In this document: positions 60,518 to 64,000 of the stretch, in pieces
Layout: every line of letters starts with the position of its first letter
Position numbering within the stretch: position 1 is the first letter of the stretch
Assembly (NCBI RefSeq): GCF_002278925.1
Contig: NZ_NCJH01000003.1
Location: forward strand, 96,042 to 160,041
DNA length: 64,000 nucleotides
Reading direction: 5' to 3'
DNA from: Polaromonas sp. 39-63-25
GTDB lineage: Bacteria; Pseudomonadota; Gammaproteobacteria; Burkholderiales; Burkholderiaceae_C
Notes under the pieces: generated by a model
Databases searched by the model: none
What the model saw: only the letters and a program-made list of their open reading frames with translations
What the model was told of the DNA's origin: nothing
Position numbers and translations under genes: made by a program

Positions 60518-61260
60518 TCAATCGTATTGATAAGCGAGCCCAGGCCCTCGATGCTGGTAACGACCACGTCGCCGGGCCGGCAGTCCACCACACCGTCGGG
60601 TGTACCGGTCAGGATCAGGTCGCCGGGTTGCAGTGTCATGAAGCTGCTGAAATATTCGATCAGGAAGGGCACGTCGAAAATCATGTCACGCGTGTTGCCC
60701 GTTTGCGTGATTTTTCCGTTGACGGTGGTCTGCAGCGCCAGCGCCATGGGGTCCGGCACATCGGCCGCGTCCACCAGCCAGGGGCCCAGTGGCGTGCAGG
60801 TGTCGCGGTTTTTCACGCGCAGATTGGGCCGGTACCAGTTTTCGAGATAGTCGCGGATCGCATAGTCGTTGGCGATGGTGTAGCCCGCGATGAAGTCGTA
60901 CGCGTCGTCACGGCTGACCTTTTTGGAAGTCTTGCCGATGACCACCGTGAGTTCACACTCGTAATGCATGAACTGCACATCGGCCGGCCGGCGTGTCAGT
61001 TGGCGGTGGCCGGTCAGCGTGCCTTCGCCCTTGATGAACACCAGGGGCTCTTCGGGCGCCTTGAATTCCAGCTCTTTCGCGTGGTCAGCGTAGTTCAGGC
61101 CCAGCGCAAGAATGGTGCGCGGGCGCGGCGTGGGTGCCAGGGGCGGCAGCCAGGTCACCGCGTCTTCGGCGACGAGTTGTCCGTTGGCGAGCAGGAGCTG
61201 GCCGCCGCGTTCTGTGGCCGAATGCACCTGGCCTTGATGAACCACACGTGCGTGTTTCAT
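60514..61260 (-). CDS. hpaG: FAH-family HpaG C-terminal-type subunit (isomerase/decarboxylase)
   Basis: 'LGLNYADH', 'HYECEL', 'NDYAIRDYLENWYRPNLRVKNRD', 'LTGTP'. Confidence 0.88.
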   Translation of the reverse strand: MKHARVVHQGQVHSATERGGQLLLANGQLVAEDAVTWLPPLAPTPRPRTILALGLNYADHAKELEFKAPEEPLVFIKGEGTLTGHRQLTRRPADVQFMHYECELTVVIGKTSKKVSRDDAYDFIAGYTIANDYAIRDYLENWYRPNLRVKNRDTCTPLGPWLVDAADVPDPMALALQTTVNGKITQTGNTRDMIFDVPFLIEYFSSFMTLQPGDLILTGTPDGVVDCRPGDVVVTSIEGLGSLINTIE

Positions 61261-61880
61261 GTGGCCTCCCGAACCAGCGTGTTGCTCAGCGTGCCGAAGC
61301 CGGGTGCCGTGATGTCAATCTGGTCACCGGCTCTGGCCAGTGGTCTGCCCAGGTCGCAACCGAGCATCAGCACATCACCAGCGCGCAGGGTCATGAACTC
61401 ACCGACATCGGCCAGCAGTTGGTCGGCAGGGCGCACCAGCTGCGAAAAACTGACGGCCTGTTTCAGCTCGCCATTGATGCGCACTTCCAGTGTGAAGCTT
61501 GAAGGATCGCCAGCTTCGCTGGCAGGCACCAGTCGCTGGCCGATGCCGAGAAAACCGTCCAGGCATTTGAACTTGACGGGCGGCCGGAAAAAAGACGCAT
61601 GGGGAATCGACAGGTCGTTCATCAGCACATAGCCCGCCACGACGCCGGCCTCACCCATCACCATGGCGATGCTGGCGCCGACTTCGACCTCGGGGACCCG
61701 AGCCGGCACGGGGATGCTGGCGCCGCTGGCGCTCCAGGTGTTGGCCGGCTTGACATACAGCACCGGCGCCTGGGGTGGCGCCTTGTAGGGCGGCTGGTTC
61801 ATTTGCGGCGCCAGCGCCTCGACTTCGGCGCGGAAGTTCAGCAGCACGCCGTAGACCGTGCCCGACGGCATGAAACTCAT
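61257..61880 (-). CDS. FAH-family HpaG N-terminal-type subunit
   Basis: 'GTVYGVLLN', 'PPYKAPPQAPVLYVKPANT', 'FFRPPVKFKCLDGF'. Confidence 0.85.
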   Translation of the reverse strand: MSFMPSGTVYGVLLNFRAEVEALAPQMNQPPYKAPPQAPVLYVKPANTWSASGASIPVPARVPEVEVGASIAMVMGEAGVVAGYVLMNDLSIPHASFFRPPVKFKCLDGFLGIGQRLVPASEAGDPSSFTLEVRINGELKQAVSFSQLVRPADQLLADVGEFMTLRAGDVLMLGCDLGRPLARAGDQIDITAPGFGTLSNTLVREAT

Positions 61881-62308
61881 GGCTGCTCCAGTTCAATCAC
61901 CTTGTCGAGCAGTGCGTAAAGCTGCGACAAATTTTCTTTACCCAGGGACTGCTCCATCCACGCGTAATGCGTTTCTATGGTTTGCGACAGGGTGTTGACC
62001 AGTTGTGCGCCCTTGTCGGTGGCCTGAACCACCGTGCGCCGCTGGTCCACCGAATCGCGCGAGCGCTGGATCAGGCCGTCGCGCTCCATGCGGGTCAGCA
62101 CGCCCGTCAGGCTGGGGCCGAGGATGAAGGCTTCGCGCGCGACCTTGCCGGTTTCGACCACGCCGTGTTCACCCAGCACCCGCAGCACCCGCCACTGCTG
62201 GTCGCTCAGTGCATGTTCGCGCAGGCGCGGCCGGGTGTGTGCCATCACGGATTCGCGTGCCTGCAGCAGCAGGCGGGGCAGGTTGCGGTGAATAAAAGGC
62301 GTGTTCAT
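61877..62308 (-). CDS. hpaR: MarR-family homoprotocatechuate operon regulator
   Basis: 'LPRLLLQARESVM', 'LSDQQWRVLRVL', 'ILGPSLTGVLTRMERDGLI'. Confidence 0.92.
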   Translation of the reverse strand: MNTPFIHRNLPRLLLQARESVMAHTRPRLREHALSDQQWRVLRVLGEHGVVETGKVAREAFILGPSLTGVLTRMERDGLIQRSRDSVDQRRTVVQATDKGAQLVNTLSQTIETHYAWMEQSLGKENLSQLYALLDKVIELEQP

Positions 62309-62323
62309 GGGCAAGGAGGATTT

Positions 62324-62339
62324 ATTTAATATATTAAAT
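62324..62339. promoter_or_regulatory. Perfect palindrome ATTTAATATATTAAAT, putative HpaR operator
   Basis: 16-bp perfect inverted repeat 16 bp upstream of the hpaR start; AT-rich MarR-type site. Confidence 0.75.
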
Positions 62340-62413
62340 GATTTGAAGCTTGCTGCCAGCCGCGCGAGGCCGGGACTAACCCGCACTGTGAATAAATACA
62401 GTAATATCGCCGG

Positions 62414-63781
62414 ATGGCCAAAGACAAGACGATTTACACCTGCACCGAGTGCGGCGGCACCAGCCCCAAATGGCTGGGCAAATGCCCGCATTGCGGGGCC
62501 TGGAACACGCTGATCGAGTCGATTGCCGAAAGCCAGTCGCCGGTGAAAAACCGTTTTGCCTCGCTGGCCAAACCGTCGGAAGTGGCGACCCTGGCCGACA
62601 TCGAGGCCACCGACATGGCGCGTACGCCCACCGGGCATGAGGAGCTGGACCGTGTTCTGGGCGGCGGCATTGTCGAAGGCGGCGTGGTGCTGATAGGCGG
62701 CGATCCCGGCATCGGCAAGTCCACGCTGCTGCTGCAGGCCCTCGATTCCCTGCAGCGCGCCGGCCTCGACACTCTGTATGTGACCGGCGAGGAAAGCGGC
62801 GCTCAGGTGGCGCTGCGCTCGCGCCGGCTCGGGCTGGACGGCTCTCAGGTCAAGGTGCTGGCCGAGATCCAGCTCGAAAAAATCCTCGCCACGCTGGAGG
62901 CCACGCGGCCGGCCGTGGCCGTGATCGATTCCATCCAGACCGTGTATTCCGAGCAACTCACGTCGGCGCCGGGCTCGGTCGCCCAGGTGCGCGAATGTGC
63001 TGCCCACCTGACGCGCGCCGCCAAGTCCAGCGGCGTCTGCATCATCCTGGTCGGTCACGTGACCAAGGAAGGCGCACTGGCCGGCCCGCGCGTGCTCGAA
63101 CACATGGTCGATACCGTGCTCTATTTCGAGGGCGACACGCATTCGAGTTTTCGTCTGGTGCGCGCGATCAAGAACCGTTTCGGCGCGGTCAACGAGATCG
63201 GTGTGTTCGCCATGACCGAAAAAGGCCTCAAGGGCGTGAGCAACCCCAGCGCGATTTTTCTGAGCCAGCACGCCGAGCCGGTGCCGGGCAGCTGTGTGCT
63301 GGTCACGCTCGAAGGCACGCGCCCGCTGCTGGTGGAAATCCAGGCGCTGGTCGACAGCGGCGGCCCCAGCCCGCGTCGCCTGTCGGTGGGCCTGGACCGG
63401 GATCGGCTGGCGATGCTGCTGGCGGTGCTGCACCGCCACGCCGGCATTGCCTGCATGGACCAGGACGTATTTGTCAACGCGGTCGGCGGTGTGCGCATCA
63501 GCGAGCCGGCGGCCGATCTGTCGGTGATGCTGGCGATCACTTCCAGCCTGCGCGGCAAGCCGTTGCCCAAAGGCTTCATCGCTTTCGGCGAGGTCGGCCT
63601 GGCCGGCGAGGTGCGGCCCGCGCCGCGCGGCCAGGAGCGGCTCAAGGAAGCGGCCAAACTGGGCTTCAGTGTGGCCGTGGTGCCCAAGGCCAATGCGCCC
63701 AAGAAGCCGATCGAAGGTTTGACCATCCATGCGGTCGAACGCGTGGAGCAGGCGATCGAGGTGGTGCGAAGCCTCGCGTAG
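62414..63781 (+). CDS. radA: DNA repair protein RadA/Sms
   Basis: C4 zinc finger 'CTECG...KCPHCG', 'GDPGIGKST', 'KNRFG', Lon-like C-domain. Confidence 0.97.
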   Translation: MAKDKTIYTCTECGGTSPKWLGKCPHCGAWNTLIESIAESQSPVKNRFASLAKPSEVATLADIEATDMARTPTGHEELDRVLGGGIVEGGVVLIGGDPGIGKSTLLLQALDSLQRAGLDTLYVTGEESGAQVALRSRRLGLDGSQVKVLAEIQLEKILATLEATRPAVAVIDSIQTVYSEQLTSAPGSVAQVRECAAHLTRAAKSSGVCIILVGHVTKEGALAGPRVLEHMVDTVLYFEGDTHSSFRLVRAIKNRFGAVNEIGVFAMTEKGLKGVSNPSAIFLSQHAEPVPGSCVLVTLEGTRPLLVEIQALVDSGGPSPRRLSVGLDRDRLAMLLAVLHRHAGIACMDQDVFVNAVGGVRISEPAADLSVMLAITSSLRGKPLPKGFIAFGEVGLAGEVRPAPRGQERLKEAAKLGFSVAVVPKANAPKKPIEGLTIHAVERVEQAIEVVRSLA

Positions 63782-63811
63782 CGGGATTCACCTCGGTGCG
63801 GCGGATGGAGC

Positions 63812-63873
63812 GCTATTAAATCAGTAGCTGTTGGCGCCCTCTCCATCTGGGCTGAAGGCCGATTTTTCTTGAA
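63812..63873 (+). repeat. Family B repeat (intergenic copy)
   Basis: GCTATTAAATCAGTAGC-tgttg-GCGC-N11-GGGCTGAAGGCCGATTTTT. Confidence 0.88.
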
Positions 63874-63956
63874 AATAACAAGTGGCCATGGCTGTGTGGA
63901 AGCTCGTACGCACTCCCCGCAGCCGGGAGGTGGCCGGTGGCTGCGAAAATAGCGCC

Positions 63957-64000
63957 ATGAACTTCCAGAAAATTTTTGTTCCGATCGCCGGCGTTGCCGT
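63957..64000 (+). CDS. 5' fragment of a hypothetical membrane protein (MNFQKIFVPIAGVA...)
   Basis: ATG at 63957 open to the window end, hydrophobic start. Confidence 0.45.
   Translation, partial: MNFQKIFVPIAGVA

Overview
GC-rich chromosomal window from a Comamonadaceae-like betaproteobacterium; this is inferred from gene content and order, and it resembles Polaromonas/Acidovorax. No rRNA, tRNA, CRISPR array, prophage or transposase was seen. Coding content is mostly housekeeping or metabolic: efflux OM lipoprotein (partial) with a CecR-like TetR, glnE, yhdP-nit-PAS kinase-FixJ-type regulator, mltA mini-locus, Lrp and fused IOR, yajC-secD-secF, DUF1631, smg-dprA-LysM/def-fmt-azlCD, pgk-(dapA-like)-pyk-(PAP2)-fba-purC, SAH riboswitch with N-terminally split metH, comM, NtrC/sigma54-controlled TorF-glnK-amtB, epimerase-lactonase-glcE-glcF, gpx, EamA, lplT, alr, a homoprotocatechuate (hpa) meta-cleavage operon with three extra tail genes, and radA. 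The most unusual signals are non-genic. (1) A ~60-bp dispersed repeat (family B) occurs in at least 6 clear copies plus degenerate ones. It is read through in frame inside genes and supplies stop and start codons. (2) A ~90-bp palindromic repeat (family A) occurs in 4 copies, always oriented right behind a stop codon. (3) A spacer-free envelope mini-locus encodes a small membrane protein, MltA, an MliC-like lipoprotein and a minimal secretin-like protein. (4) There are several readable regulatory elements: an SAH riboswitch, a PmrA-type box, an HpaR operator, an Lrp palindrome and a candidate anti-SD sRNA. Assignments come from motif recognition by eye; no database searches were run.
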